Notes under the pieces: generated by a model
Told to the model about the DNA's origin: nothing
Databases searched by the model: none
The model's input: the letters and a program-made list of their open reading frames with translations, nothing else
Origin: Phycisphaerae bacterium
GTDB taxonomy: Bacteria; Planctomycetota; Phycisphaerae; UBA1845
NCBI GenBank assembly: GCA_963666835.2
Contig: CAXXGO010000006.1
Span: 160,001-224,000, forward strand
DNA: 64,000 bases
Direction: 5' to 3'
Made by a program: the position numbers and the translations under genes
Shown here: one piece after another, positions 50,369 to 61,186 of the stretch
Numbering within the stretch: position 1 is the stretch's first letter
Layout of the letters: each line of letters begins with the position of its first letter

Positions 50369-51001
50369 ATGCCCTTGCCGCTGCCCACTGAGACTGCCGT
50401 AGGGGGAATCGTGTTGTGCGGCGGCTGGAGCCGGCGCATGGGCAAGCCCAAGGTCTGGCTGCCGTGCGAAGGCGAATACCTTCTTCAGCGGATGGTTCGG
50501 ATCATTGGGGGCGTTCTCTCACCGGTCGTGGCCGCATGCCACCGCGACCAGTCCCTTCCGCCGCTCCCACCCAACGTGGAACTCGCGTTCGACGAGTACG
50601 AAGATTCCGGCCCTCTTGCGGGCATTTCATCCGGTCTCGATGCAATTGCGCGCTATTGCGATGCGGCATTCGTGTGTGCGTGTGATCACCCGCTGCTCAA
50701 GCCGGGTTTCATTCGGCGGATGGGAGAGCTTCTCGGTGATGCCCCCGGGGCGGTTCCGATGTACGAGGACCGGCTCCACCCGCTTACGGCCATCTACCGC
50801 ACGTCTACCCGGCCGTTGTTGTCGCAGATGCTCCAGGATGGCGAACTGCGAGCCCGGGACTTCGCCAGCAGATGCGGCGCGCGGATCGTTACGCCGGTTG
50901 ATTTGGGTGACGTCGACCCTGAGCTGGAGTCGCTGCGCAACGTCAACGACGCCGAGACGTTTGCTAAGGTCATCCAAGCAGACGGATCACATCTCGCGTA
51001 G
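50369..51001 (+). CDS. mobA: Molybdenum cofactor guanylyltransferase
   Basis: GIVLCGGWSRRMGKPK, GPLAGI, ACDHP, HPLTAIY, LRNVN. Confidence 0.9.
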   Translation: MPLPLPTETAVGGIVLCGGWSRRMGKPKVWLPCEGEYLLQRMVRIIGGVLSPVVAACHRDQSLPPLPPNVELAFDEYEDSGPLAGISSGLDAIARYCDAAFVCACDHPLLKPGFIRRMGELLGDAPGAVPMYEDRLHPLTAIYRTSTRPLLSQMLQDGELRARDFASRCGARIVTPVDLGDVDPELESLRNVNDAETFAKVIQADGSHLA

Positions 51002-51008
51002 GCGAAGC

Positions 51009-52709
51009 TTACTCGGTCGGCTTCGCTGGTGACATCGCCTGCGCCACGCGCTCAATGGCCCGAAGGGGTACGTGAATGTCCACCCGCGCCGGCTGGCCGG
51101 AGAGGCTTGCCGAGACTGCAATGACCGGGCCTGGGCTCAGCGGGCGGATGTTCGGCTTGCCCATCGCCGGGCCCAGCAGCGGCACCATCGCGGCCGGGTC
51201 CAACAACACGATCGTGTTCCATTTCGCGGGAAGTGCTGCCAGGGCCTCCTTCACATAGCGCGACGCGGATAGCGGGCTGATTACCTTGGGCGCGAACGCA
51301 GCCTGGATATCAGTACTGGTACCCGTGCAGTACCGCACCCATTCGGCTCGAATGCCCAAAGCAAAGTGCGTATTCGCTCCAAACATCTCGGCCGCCGGGC
51401 TCCCCGCTTCGGCGGTCATTTCGTATTGCCGTACCGACGTCGATCCGATGGCAACCGGCCCGAGTGCCTTGTAGCTGACACCCTTGAAGTCGTTCAATAT
51501 GGGGTTATCCGCAACGAGGTACTCCCCGGTCAGATCTATAATCCTTTGCGGATTCGGCCCGATGTAATCTCCCAACGCCGTGGCCTGCTCACCCTTCATG
51601 GCCAGCAGGGCCGTGGTTCCCTCAATCGCTCGCAGAAGCTGCCGAGTCATCTCGGCGCTACGCTTCACCGCGGCGTCATCTACGGCCGGTGCCGCATCCG
51701 TGTCGCCCGGGGCGCCCATGGTCGGCGGCGCCTGGAGCACCTTTACGGCCTGGTCGACGAGAAAGTCAAGAAATGGCGACTCGACCCCGGGCATGTGATA
51801 CGCCATGGCTATTAGGTACGGTTGCTCTTCGAACTGGGCAAACGGCGCAATACTCGCGGGCTTCTGGTTCGCCAGGTACTTGCGGATCACCCCGTCCCGA
51901 TACCCCGTTGCGAGTGTGATGTCTGCAGCGTCAGTACCCAGGTCTGCCCTGATGTCGATATACGAGACTTGCTCGACAAACGCCTTCACGGCCTCGAACA
52001 GGCTGGTCAACCCCGCAGTGAGCAAGCTCGGGTCAGCTCCCCATTGTGGGGCCAGCGCCATAGCCATCATCGGGGCCATCTGGGCAGTCTGGGCAACGCT
52101 GGCCACCGCGTCCTGCCGCAACACGCCCATGTTGACGTGCATGAAGACATTACGCTCAGGTAGTCCGTCCGGTCGCAACTTCAGCGTTTCGGCCAAGTTG
52201 CCCTCTCCGGCGGTCGCCCTGCACAGCCCCGCCTCATCTTTGGCGACGAGTGCGTAACCGCCGACGAGTTTCGCGCGTACCTGCTCAGTTGCATCATCAC
52301 CCCGGGGAATCCGCCAGATGTCCCCGTCTTTGGTTGCCCCAGCGATCGCCCCGACCTTTTCGGCAAACCCCGGCACTGCGGCCCAGAACACCATCTTCTC
52401 GTCGGCTTGCCCGTCTTGGATCGTGGCAAGCGCGAACGGCTGTTTGAAGTCGATCAAATCACCGATCCCCAGATCTTCTTTGAGATCCAGTAGCATGGTG
52501 GGCCCATCGCTGTCGGGCTCGACCCGCTTTGCGAAGGCCTTGACGTTCCGATCCAACCGTTCAAGGTCCCTCACGACCACGGTGAACGGTAGATCGGCGG
52601 GAATCAGCCGCAGAAGGCCCGCAGCCGCATCCGGTTCGGCGGATAGCGCCTGCCCGGTCGCGACGCCAACGATGCACAGTAAGGCGAGGAGAGAGAGGCC
52701 GCTTTTCAT
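51009..52709 (-). CDS. Hypothetical exported protein
   Basis: 566 aa, signal peptide, GGAG RBS, co-oriented downstream of parB. Confidence 0.75.
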   Translation of the reverse strand: MKSGLSLLALLCIVGVATGQALSAEPDAAAGLLRLIPADLPFTVVVRDLERLDRNVKAFAKRVEPDSDGPTMLLDLKEDLGIGDLIDFKQPFALATIQDGQADEKMVFWAAVPGFAEKVGAIAGATKDGDIWRIPRGDDATEQVRAKLVGGYALVAKDEAGLCRATAGEGNLAETLKLRPDGLPERNVFMHVNMGVLRQDAVASVAQTAQMAPMMAMALAPQWGADPSLLTAGLTSLFEAVKAFVEQVSYIDIRADLGTDAADITLATGYRDGVIRKYLANQKPASIAPFAQFEEQPYLIAMAYHMPGVESPFLDFLVDQAVKVLQAPPTMGAPGDTDAAPAVDDAAVKRSAEMTRQLLRAIEGTTALLAMKGEQATALGDYIGPNPQRIIDLTGEYLVADNPILNDFKGVSYKALGPVAIGSTSVRQYEMTAEAGSPAAEMFGANTHFALGIRAEWVRYCTGTSTDIQAAFAPKVISPLSASRYVKEALAALPAKWNTIVLLDPAAMVPLLGPAMGKPNIRPLSPGPVIAVSASLSGQPARVDIHVPLRAIERVAQAMSPAKPTE

Positions 52710-52799
52710 CTGATTGCTCCATTGCTTGCGGTATTCGCAGGGCCGCCTGATCGCGTTTGCTTATGGCGTTGGTTCCGTCACTCCGCCCAGCGGTCAGAG

Positions 52800-53738
52800 T
52801 CACTCCATATCCACGCCGAGCAGGTTCGCGATTCGATCGAACTCATCGAGCGAAAAGTACTCGATCGTGATCCGCCCCGTGCCCTTCTTCTTCCCCTCCC
52901 GGAGCGTAACCTTCGTTCTGACAGCAGCTTCGAATCGATTCTGCAGGTCGAGGACGTGAGGTGACCGCGTTTCGGTGCGAGGGGTCGCCGGCGGCGGCCC
53001 CTGTCGGGTCTTCTCCCGGCGGACGATTTCCTCCAACGCTCGCACCGAGAGCTGATTGCTGATGACCGACTCCGCAAGCTGCATCAACCGCATGGGATCG
53101 TCCACGCCCAGGAGACATCGAGCGTGTCCCATGCTCAGCTTGCCGTCTGCCACCCGTCTCTGGACTTCGTCCGGCAGATCCAGCAGCCGCAGGTAGTTGG
53201 CCACGGTAGAGCGATCCTCACCCAGGCGGTGCGCTACCTCCTCGGCCTTTAACCCGAAGGCGTTGCAGAACTGCCGGTACGCGGCCGCCCGGTCTATGGC
53301 GTTCAGATCTTCGCGTTGGATGTTCTCAATCAAGGCCAGTTCGAGCATTTGCTCTTCGCTCGCCTCGCGGACAAGCACCGGGACGCGAGCCATTCCGAGG
53401 GACTTTGCTGCGCGCCAGCGTCGTTCGCCGGCGATTATCTCATATCCGCCTGCGACCGCTCGGACGGCAATCGGCTGAACCATGCCGCTCTGGCGAATAG
53501 ACTGTGCCAGGGACGCTATGTCAGCCCCATCCGCGTTGCTCCGTGGTTGGAACGGATTCGGGATCAGGTCATCGACGTCGAGCATGGTGGCTTTGACCGC
53601 CCCGAGTGCGTCCCCGCTATCGAGGACCTGCTCCGTATGAGGAACGACCACGCCCGGCATTTGCGGGGGCATTCCCGTGGCGAGGTTCGAGACCAGCGAA
53701 TCGAGCCCCCTTCCGAGGCGTCTGGTGATCTTGGGCAT
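52800..53738 (-). CDS. parB: ParB/Spo0J chromosome partition protein
   Basis: RLGRGLDSL, PNPFQPR, IIAGERRWRA, LALIENIQREDLN, HTH, LSMGHAR; GGAGG RBS and ATG at 53738. Confidence 0.95.
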   Translation of the reverse strand: MPKITRRLGRGLDSLVSNLATGMPPQMPGVVVPHTEQVLDSGDALGAVKATMLDVDDLIPNPFQPRSNADGADIASLAQSIRQSGMVQPIAVRAVAGGYEIIAGERRWRAAKSLGMARVPVLVREASEEQMLELALIENIQREDLNAIDRAAAYRQFCNAFGLKAEEVAHRLGEDRSTVANYLRLLDLPDEVQRRVADGKLSMGHARCLLGVDDPMRLMQLAESVISNQLSVRALEEIVRREKTRQGPPPATPRTETRSPHVLDLQNRFEAAVRTKVTLREGKKKGTGRITIEYFSLDEFDRIANLLGVDME

Positions 53739-53841
53739 GACGGGCCTCCCTGCTACGTCCTTCGTTCGATCGAAGATTGAGTTTGCCGATGTATAACACA
53801 CCGACGCCTGTTGGCAAGCGTGAAACACTGCGATTATCGGT

Positions 53842-53857
53842 TGTTTCACGTGAAACA
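53842..53857. promoter_or_regulatory. parS centromere site
   Basis: Perfect palindrome TGTTTCACGTGAAACA ~100 bp upstream of parB; half-site CGTGAAACA at 53819..53827. Confidence 0.92.
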
Positions 53858-54588
53858 GCTTTGCGCATCTCTGCTGGCGGGCGTAAGGCGACATCCACGG
53901 CGGCGCGCGGCTGCGTATACGGGGGCGTAGGCGATTGTTGGTCAACACATCAACCGGCGCATCCGAGAGCGCCCGTTGCGCAGGCATAACGTCGCGCTGA
54001 GCCCGACCTACCCAGGATGGACTCTGAGCAGAAGCCACGCCGCGACCTGCTCAATCGGTTGGGCGTCGCTGTGTCGAAGTCAGGAAGGATGCTGCTGGCG
54101 GCAAGTCCGCCACGGGTGGCGGTCGCTCCCGGATCTACGTGTAGGGCATGGTCGAGGAACGAGACCTGCCACCGATTGCGGGCGTATCGTTATCAGCCTG
54201 CCAATGTGCAGGCAAGCCTATCTCTCGAGGTTCTGGCATGAGTTCGGCAATCGTGCGCTTTAATAAGACAGAGCCCCTCCGGCCAGGCCTTTCGACGCAT
54301 TCCGAGACTGCCCGGGCAGCCGAAACAAAAACGCACTTCATCGATGTCGCCTCTTCCGTTTCGTCAGCGTGGGTTCGGTTGCCGGGACCTCACAGCCGGC
54401 ACGCCGCCTCCTCCGTCCGTCAAACGGTCATCTACCGTTTACGTTTCCTGCTCTCACCGGTCCATACCATTGCCCTCCGCTCGAACACGCAATCTCGACG
54501 AGAACTGCGTATTACGAGTGGAGAACACAGCGGACAGGCGTAAGCTAGCGGGCAGGAATGCGCTATCCGGTGTTCCCTCGCGATACAC

Positions 54589-56382
54589 ATGAAGCCTTCC
54601 ACCGACTGCGGTAAGATCGTCGTCGTGAAAAAGGACGCAATCAACGAGGAAAAACCGCCCGAAGTGCCATTGTGTGGCACTAAACAGGGGCTGGGGTGGC
54701 GAAGTGTCGCACCGGTGGCACTGCTGGCTCTGGCCGTGCGCATGGGCTGGGCATGGTGGACGGCGGAAGTGCCCACAGGGCGTCACTTGGTGGGGGACGC
54801 AGCCGGTTATTGGGCGTGGGCCGAGCGGATCGCCGACGGGGCGTGGGGCGGAGATAAGGCCTTCTATCAAGCACCTTTGTATCCGTACGCCCTCGCCGTG
54901 GTGATGACATTGGGCGCAAAGAGCGTGGCGGCCGTCCGGGGAGTGCAAGCAGTATGGGGGGCGGTGGCGGTGGCGTGCCTGATGTGTGGCACTTGGAGGT
55001 TATTTGGGCGAAAGGCCGCCGTGGTCGCCGGAATCATGCTGGGCCTCTACATGCCGGCCGTGTTCTTCGACGGGATTGTTCAGAAGGCGTCCCTGGCAGG
55101 TGTGCTTACCGCGGCAGTGTTCGCGTTGACCGCGACGACGGGGACGAGGGGCAGGGCCGTAACCACCGCGGCCCTGGGAATCGTTGCCGGGGCACTGGTT
55201 TTGACACGCGAGAATGCGCTGGTCTGGCTGCCGATTCTTGGGCTTTGGGTCGGGGCCGGCAAGGGCAAAACGGGCGGCACGGTCGGACAGCGTGTTGGGC
55301 GACTGGCAATGTATGTGGTGGGGGCGACGGTTATACTGGCACCCGTGGCCGTGCGAAACAAGCTGGTCGGGGGAGAGTGGTCGATCTCGACGTTTCAGGC
55401 CGGCCCGAACTTTTATATCGGGAACCACACGGGCGCCGACGGGCGATATCAGCCGTTAGTCCGCGGGCACGAAACGCCGCAATTCGAGCGGGCAGACGCG
55501 ACGCGCCTGGCCGAGGCCGCCGTCGGAACGCCGCTGAGCAGCAAGCAGGTGTCAGAGTACTGGATGGCCCGGGCGCAGGAAGACATTCGCGCACACCCGG
55601 CCGGTTGGCTAAGACTGCTCGGGCGCAAGATGCTGATGGTGTGGAACCGGTACGAGGTCGGCGATGCTGAGAGCCTGTATGTCTACGCAAATCAATCACG
55701 AATATTCTCAGGCCTGGTATCGATCTGGCATTTCGGGGGATTGGTGCCGCTAGCGGCCGTGGGGATCGTGGCTACCTGGTCGCAACGTCGCCGGCTCTGG
55801 GTCTACTATGCGTTGATAGGCTCGATGGCGTGTGCCGTCGCGTCGTTTTACGTCATGGCCCGGTACCGCTTCCCGCTCGTACCGCTGCTAGTGCCGTTCG
55901 CGGCCGCCGGCTTGGTTGACGTGTTCCGGCTCATCGCCCGGCGGGCATGGCGGCCAATCGCCGGGCGGAGCCTTGTTCTGCTGCTTACCGGGGTGGTCGT
56001 GAACCTCCCCGTGCACCCCGAGGCTCGGCTCAACGCACTGGCCTATATGAACGCCGGCGTTGCGGAAGCGCAGGCCGGCGACCTTGCCGCGGCCACACCG
56101 TACTTCCGCCGGGCAGTGGCGGGTCATCCCGCATCCGCAGAGGCTCGGTACAATCTGGCGCAGGTGCTCGCCTTGCAGGGGAAGTACGCCGAGGCGATCG
56201 AGCATTATTTGGTGGCGCTCAGAGCGGGGCCGACGCTGACTGGAGTGGCCTATAACCTGGGCGTGGCCTACGAGCAGGTCGGCCGCCTGGATGATGCCCT
56301 AGCCCAATACCGCCGGGCCGTGGCGAACGACCCGGCCGACCGCGACGCCCAAGCGGCCCTTGCGCGACTACAGAACCGATAG
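54589..56382 (+). CDS. GT-C (PMT/ArnT-like) membrane glycosyltransferase with C-terminal TPR repeats
   Basis: DAAGY..WA, FYQAPLYPY, GPNFYIGN, ARYRFP, TPRs (AEARYNLA, YNLGVAY). Confidence 0.8.
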   Translation: MKPSTDCGKIVVVKKDAINEEKPPEVPLCGTKQGLGWRSVAPVALLALAVRMGWAWWTAEVPTGRHLVGDAAGYWAWAERIADGAWGGDKAFYQAPLYPYALAVVMTLGAKSVAAVRGVQAVWGAVAVACLMCGTWRLFGRKAAVVAGIMLGLYMPAVFFDGIVQKASLAGVLTAAVFALTATTGTRGRAVTTAALGIVAGALVLTRENALVWLPILGLWVGAGKGKTGGTVGQRVGRLAMYVVGATVILAPVAVRNKLVGGEWSISTFQAGPNFYIGNHTGADGRYQPLVRGHETPQFERADATRLAEAAVGTPLSSKQVSEYWMARAQEDIRAHPAGWLRLLGRKMLMVWNRYEVGDAESLYVYANQSRIFSGLVSIWHFGGLVPLAAVGIVATWSQRRRLWVYYALIGSMACAVASFYVMARYRFPLVPLLVPFAAAGLVDVFRLIARRAWRPIAGRSLVLLLTGVVVNLPVHPEARLNALAYMNAGVAEAQAGDLAAATPYFRRAVAGHPASAEARYNLAQVLALQGKYAEAIEHYLVALRAGPTLTGVAYNLGVAYEQVGRLDDALAQYRRAVANDPADRDAQAALARLQNR

Positions 56383-57290
56383 GCATCGCGGCCCTCGAAC
56401 ACGCCCCCTCGGTGAGAGCTCGCCACGGTCGCGCAAGCAGGTAGGGTCCGCACTGCGGACCGCTGGACTTTGGCCCTTTTTGTCTAGAGCTAGTCTGGCT
56501 GTTGGGCCCGTGGGTCGGGCGAAGATCCCGGAGTTCCCGTGTATTATCAGGTTTCGGCATCTTGAGCTTGGTTTCTCTAACGGAAAAACGGGCACGCTCC
56601 CGATTGACCTGCGACTAGAGATCGAAGGCGTGATTCGGCAGGCGAAACGGACGGGCCCTGAGGTACGGAACCGCATGGGAGACAGGGATGCAGAATGCTC
56701 GACGCGAACCGTTCCCAGGGGCTCGCGTCCTCGTTGATCTACACATCTTTGCCGGGCGAGCGAAGCGTATCCGTCCGACTCCGCGGCGACGCATTCCCCA
56801 GCCTGACAAGCCGCACGCCGGCTCGGTATTCAGGCTGAAAGCCTGCAAGATAGTAGCCGGGAGCAAGGCCGCGCAGCGGCCGCCGCCCCCGGATGTGAGT
56901 CCAACAACCCGAATCACCCTGAAGGGTGAAAGAGGCGGCGTCGATGATCCGCGTGTCTGTTACGGCTGCCCAGCGCTTTTTGAGCGCGTCCGGGGGCGGC
57001 GTTCGGCGAGACACGCGCGTGTCACGTTCTCGTGCGATTCGGCCCATTGTAGCCTTGATGGCAGGTCTCGTGCCTCGACCATGCCCTACGGGGTTCCCGC
57101 GCGATCCCTGAAACCGTCCGCCGGCCCTTCGGGACGGGAGCACGTGGGAAGTGATCTCACCCACGGGTTCCGCTTCGCTCCACCCGCGGCTACTTGCCCA
57201 AAGTCCCTTCGGGACGGGTTACCGCACGACTGCCTAACGAGGTTAGTACCATTGGGCAGAGCCCGACCTACTTGGCTTCGGGATGGGCGG

Positions 57291-58997
57291 CTATACAGGC
57301 AGTTCTTCAAGCTGTCTGAGCACCAGGTCGATCAGCGGGGCGACGGTATCGTAGGAGAACTCGAACCGGGCTCCGGCGGTTTCGAACAGCTCGGGCAAGG
57401 GCCGCGAGCCGCCCAGGGCAAGGGCTTTCCGATAGCTCGCTACGCCGCGCACCCGATCTTCAAGGGCGTTTCGCCACACCTGCAAGGCGCCCAACTGGGC
57501 GATTCCATACTCGACGTAATAGAAGGGCACTTCGAACAGGTGCAACTGCCGCTGCCACGCGTAGGCGAGGGCCTCTTCATACCCGGCAAAGTCCGCGATA
57601 CCGCCGAAACGCTCGCGAAGTTGAAGCCACCGCTCCCGCCGCTCCTCCCGAGTGTGCTCGGGCTCGGAATACAGAAAATGCTGAAAGGCGTCGATCGTAG
57701 CCACCCAGGGGAAGATGGCGATGACCCCCTCGAGCTGGGCCCGCCGGGCCCGGGCGACGCCGTCCGCATCGTAGAACTCGTCCATACCTTCGAGGGAAAG
57801 TAGCTCCATGCCAAAGGAAGCGACCTCCGCGAATTCGATCGGGCTACTGCGGTAGGCCAGAATAGGATCATGCCGGGCAGCGTAGCAGTGAAAAGCGTGC
57901 CCGCCCTCGTGGACCATCGTGCGCACATCGCGCTGCAAACCGACGGCGTTCATGAAGATAAACGGATGGCGCGCCTCTTCGTAGTTCGCCTGGTAACCGC
58001 CCGGGGCTTTGCCCTTACGGCTGGCCAGGTCCAGATAGCCCCGCGTGTTCATCTCGTCGAACTGAGCCCCCAGCTCGGGGTCCACTCGGTGAAAGACCTT
58101 TGACACTTTCGCACAGAGTTCGTCGACGGTCTCGAACGGCCGGAGTGGGTCCCGCCCTTTCACATCGACGGCCAAGTCCCAAGGGCGCAGCCGGTCGACG
58201 CCAAGTGCGGCGCGGCGCTGATGCTGCATAGTCCGCAGAGCCGGGACCCCGGCCCGCTCCACTGCGTCGTGAAACGCCAGACAATCCTGAGGGGTATAGT
58301 CGAACCGCTCCTTGTCCTTGAAGGCATATTCGCGATAGTCGGTGCAGTCGGCCTGGCGGGCCATGCGATGGCGCAAGCGGATCATCTGATCGAAGATGTC
58401 CTCCAACGCCTCCACGTCCTGCAAGCGCCGCTGGGCCTCGACCTCCCACGCCTTTTGCCGCAGATCTCGATCGGTTCGCTCGGCATAGAGCCCAAGCTGC
58501 TGCAGGGTCTGCTCCTTGCCGTCGAACTCGACCATCTGCGCCCCGCAGATTTCCTGATACTGCTGACTCAGCTTCGCTTCTTCGGTTTGGAGCGGGACGT
58601 TCTCTTCGCGAAAGAGCTCCACGCGGGCGCGGATACTGCGGGCGAGCACTCCGTACCGCTCGGCAGGCAGCTCGGTCGCGGCCGGGTTCTCGGTGAACTT
58701 CACGTTAAGCGCGTGGCACCGTGGCTTGCACTGCGGTTCGATGTTCTCGATGAAGTCCAGAAACGCCGCCTTGCGTTCGGGGTCATCGGTCTGGCAGGTC
58801 ATCTTGACGTGCCGGTCGGTACCGATTTCGTCGATCGCGGCCAGCAACTCGCCGTAGTCGATCAGCCATTGCCCCAGCGCGTCGGTCGAATCGCAGGTTC
58901 GCTCTTGAAGCCGATCGAAGTAGGGTTCGATCTTCTCCCATGAATCCAGGACATCCTGCGCAGCGACGAACCGACGTGGGAATTGCGGATCAGGCAC
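57291..58997 (-). CDS. M3B-family oligoendopeptidase (PepF-like)
   Basis: HEGGHAFH, EFAEVAS, RKGKAPGGY, LHLFEVPFYYVEYGIAQ. Confidence 0.92.
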   Translation of the reverse strand: MPDPQFPRRFVAAQDVLDSWEKIEPYFDRLQERTCDSTDALGQWLIDYGELLAAIDEIGTDRHVKMTCQTDDPERKAAFLDFIENIEPQCKPRCHALNVKFTENPAATELPAERYGVLARSIRARVELFREENVPLQTEEAKLSQQYQEICGAQMVEFDGKEQTLQQLGLYAERTDRDLRQKAWEVEAQRRLQDVEALEDIFDQMIRLRHRMARQADCTDYREYAFKDKERFDYTPQDCLAFHDAVERAGVPALRTMQHQRRAALGVDRLRPWDLAVDVKGRDPLRPFETVDELCAKVSKVFHRVDPELGAQFDEMNTRGYLDLASRKGKAPGGYQANYEEARHPFIFMNAVGLQRDVRTMVHEGGHAFHCYAARHDPILAYRSSPIEFAEVASFGMELLSLEGMDEFYDADGVARARRAQLEGVIAIFPWVATIDAFQHFLYSEPEHTREERRERWLQLRERFGGIADFAGYEEALAYAWQRQLHLFEVPFYYVEYGIAQLGALQVWRNALEDRVRGVASYRKALALGGSRPLPELFETAGARFEFSYDTVAPLIDLVLRQLEELPV

Positions 58998-59166
58998 GAG
59001 GCGACTCCTCTTGTTGAGCGGCGAGCATCGCTGGAGGCAAAGAGCTCGGCGAACTCAGGACGACTCCCGCCCAGCCCCCCGGAAGAACTCGGTCAGGCAG
59101 CGCAACGAACTTCACCGGCGCGGGCGGTTATCAGGCCGCAACCGCGCCGGTGAAGACCGCGCAGCT

Positions 59167-60042
59167 TTATTCTGTTACGCGGGCGAAGGCCACGCCGGCG
59201 TCGGGTGCTCCGGCATCGGCCGTGGTGGGCGCGATGGTACCCGCGGGAACGAGGTAGATTTCGACCCGGCGGTTCTGGCTTGCCCCGGCCTGGGTCGAGT
59301 TATCCGCGATCGGCCGGTATTCACCGTAACCCATCACCCCGATGCGCTGCGGGCTGTATCCATCCTTACGAAGCACGGACGACACCGCAATGGCGCGATG
59401 CGCCGACAGGTGCCAGTTGGTGGGATGCTGCTCCTTGGTCTTCGGCTTGCTGATCGGACGGTTGTCGGTATGGCCTACCACGATCACCTCGAAATCAGCC
59501 GCGGCCGGCGACTTGAGGATCTCGCAGAAGCTGCTCAACGACTCCATCGTACTCTGCTTGACGACGTCGCTGCCCAAAGCGAACAGAAGATCCGATTTCC
59601 ACTTGACCGTTCCGCGTACCGGGTCGTAGGCAACGGCCGTGGGGTGCTCGTCGGCGAAGCGCTTCAACGCGCTGTCCAGTGAAGCCGGCAGCTTCGGAGC
59701 CGCGATCTGAATCGTGCTGGCGGTCTGCCGGTTGGCCAGGCCTTCAATCTCGCCTTCCAGCATTCGACGCATGTCGTCGAGCAGTTGATTCTCGCTCCGC
59801 AGATTGACGACGAGTTCATCCTTGTCCGCCAGTTCGCGCTCCAGGGAGGTTGCCCGGTGGCGCAAGGAGTCATTAAGACTCCGGGCGTCAAAGAGCTCCT
59901 GGCTTATCTGCTCCTTCTCGGCGATTACCGTCCGGTGCTGAGCCTGTAACCCGCGATACTGATTCAGGGATACGCACCCGCCCAAAGACGTGACCATCCA
60001 ACCACCCAACACCAAACTCGTCATCCATCCGCCACAGCGCAT
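59167..60042 (-). CDS. OmpA/MotB-family peptidoglycan-binding lipoprotein with a coiled coil
   Basis: LGGC lipobox, GHTDN, NWHLSAHRA, GYGEYRP, NRRVEI; start uncertain. Confidence 0.88.
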   Translation of the reverse strand: MRCGGWMTSLVLGGWMVTSLGGCVSLNQYRGLQAQHRTVIAEKEQISQELFDARSLNDSLRHRATSLERELADKDELVVNLRSENQLLDDMRRMLEGEIEGLANRQTASTIQIAAPKLPASLDSALKRFADEHPTAVAYDPVRGTVKWKSDLLFALGSDVVKQSTMESLSSFCEILKSPAAADFEVIVVGHTDNRPISKPKTKEQHPTNWHLSAHRAIAVSSVLRKDGYSPQRIGVMGYGEYRPIADNSTQAGASQNRRVEIYLVPAGTIAPTTADAGAPDAGVAFARVTE

Positions 60043-60180
60043 CACTAGCCTCCTATGCCAAGTAACCGGGGCCACAGCGCGACGCATCCGCCACTCGATA
60101 ATGCCCGCCGGGCCAAAGCTCCGGGGCTGTACGCCCCGAGCTGAATTCGCTTATTTCCAGCCGGTTCGCGCCGCCGCGAC

Positions 60181-61143
60181 CTACTTGGACCGCCGGGCCA
60201 TGACGAAGGTCACGCCTCCGGCAATCACGGCCACCCCGAGCGCACCCGCCGTACACACCAGAAGGTTGGCGTAGGCGCCCTTGACCAGGGAAGGAACGAC
60301 CCCGCGCACCAGTGCCGCTCCCGCAAGTCCCGCGAACCACATGACCACAACCGCCACCGCCATGAACGCGGTGAGGGCGGCCGAGACGGCATCGCCGCCC
60401 TCTTCGACCATAACAACCGCAGCAGCCTGCGGCTTTGCTTTCGCCTTGGCGGGGGCTTCTTGTTCCCCTTCGATTCCGGTCGCCGTATCGTCGGCAAACG
60501 GCTCGCCGGCCTCTTCTTCGGCTTCAGGCTCCGCACCCGCCCGCGTATCTTCGCTTGCTTCGACGCCGCTATCGGCATCCTCGCCGGAGTAGATCTCTTC
60601 GAGCAACTCGGCGCCAAGGGAAGTGTCGTCACTCTCCTTGGTCAGATCGAGAATGCCCGAGCCGCTGCCTACTCCGTCCAAGCCACCGAGCCCGCCGAGG
60701 TCGGTCACGGCCGTCTGGGCGAGAGGATCGACCGACTCGTCCAGCTCGTCATCGTCGAATACATTGATGCCGACCGACGGGACGACGCTATCGCTCTTTG
60801 CCCGGCTGGCCGTGTCTTCCTTCCCGCCGATACTCGTGGTGCCGCCCGAGGTATCCGCCGAGTCCACTTCTTCCAGGCTGAGAATGTCGTCGTCGGCAGG
60901 GCTCAGCTCGATCCCAGAGTCTTCCGCCGGTTCCAGCACGACTTCGCCGCTCGCGCTTGCCGAACCGAGATCGATCAGCGAATCGCCCCCAAGCAGCTCG
61001 TCTACCTCTTCCACCTTGTAGCTAACGGATCCGGCGTCTCTGAATTCTCGCAGGGTGCCGGCGCGAACCAACTCCTTGATTTCGTCTTCCGTTTTGCCCA
61101 GCCGCTCGGCAGCCTCCGCCGCGGTATAGAACATTTTGGCCAT
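60181..61143 (-). CDS. HTH + acidic linker + two C-terminal TM helices
   Basis: MAKMFYTAAEAAERLGKTEDEIKELVRAGTLREFRD, D/E-rich middle region, hydrophobic C-terminus. Confidence 0.8.
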   Translation of the reverse strand: MAKMFYTAAEAAERLGKTEDEIKELVRAGTLREFRDAGSVSYKVEEVDELLGGDSLIDLGSASASGEVVLEPAEDSGIELSPADDDILSLEEVDSADTSGGTTSIGGKEDTASRAKSDSVVPSVGINVFDDDELDESVDPLAQTAVTDLGGLGGLDGVGSGSGILDLTKESDDTSLGAELLEEIYSGEDADSGVEASEDTRAGAEPEAEEEAGEPFADDTATGIEGEQEAPAKAKAKPQAAAVVMVEEGGDAVSAALTAFMAVAVVVMWFAGLAGAALVRGVVPSLVKGAYANLLVCTAGALGVAVIAGGVTFVMARRSK

Positions 61144-61186
61144 AGGTCTGAATCTCGTCCTCTGCCGGCACCCGCGGAACGGGGTG

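Noticed and set aside
53739..54038. 100-aa N-terminal extension of ParB
   Set aside because: It spans parS and a REP; the RBS and LGRGL motif support ATG 53738
54234..54249. Sigma-54-like promoter TGGCATGAGTTCGGCA
   Set aside because: GG/GC spacing fits, but the TT before GC is missing and there is no other support
56688..57803. 371-aa ORF
   Set aside because: It is made of REP/MITE sequence plus antisense of the M3 peptidase gene
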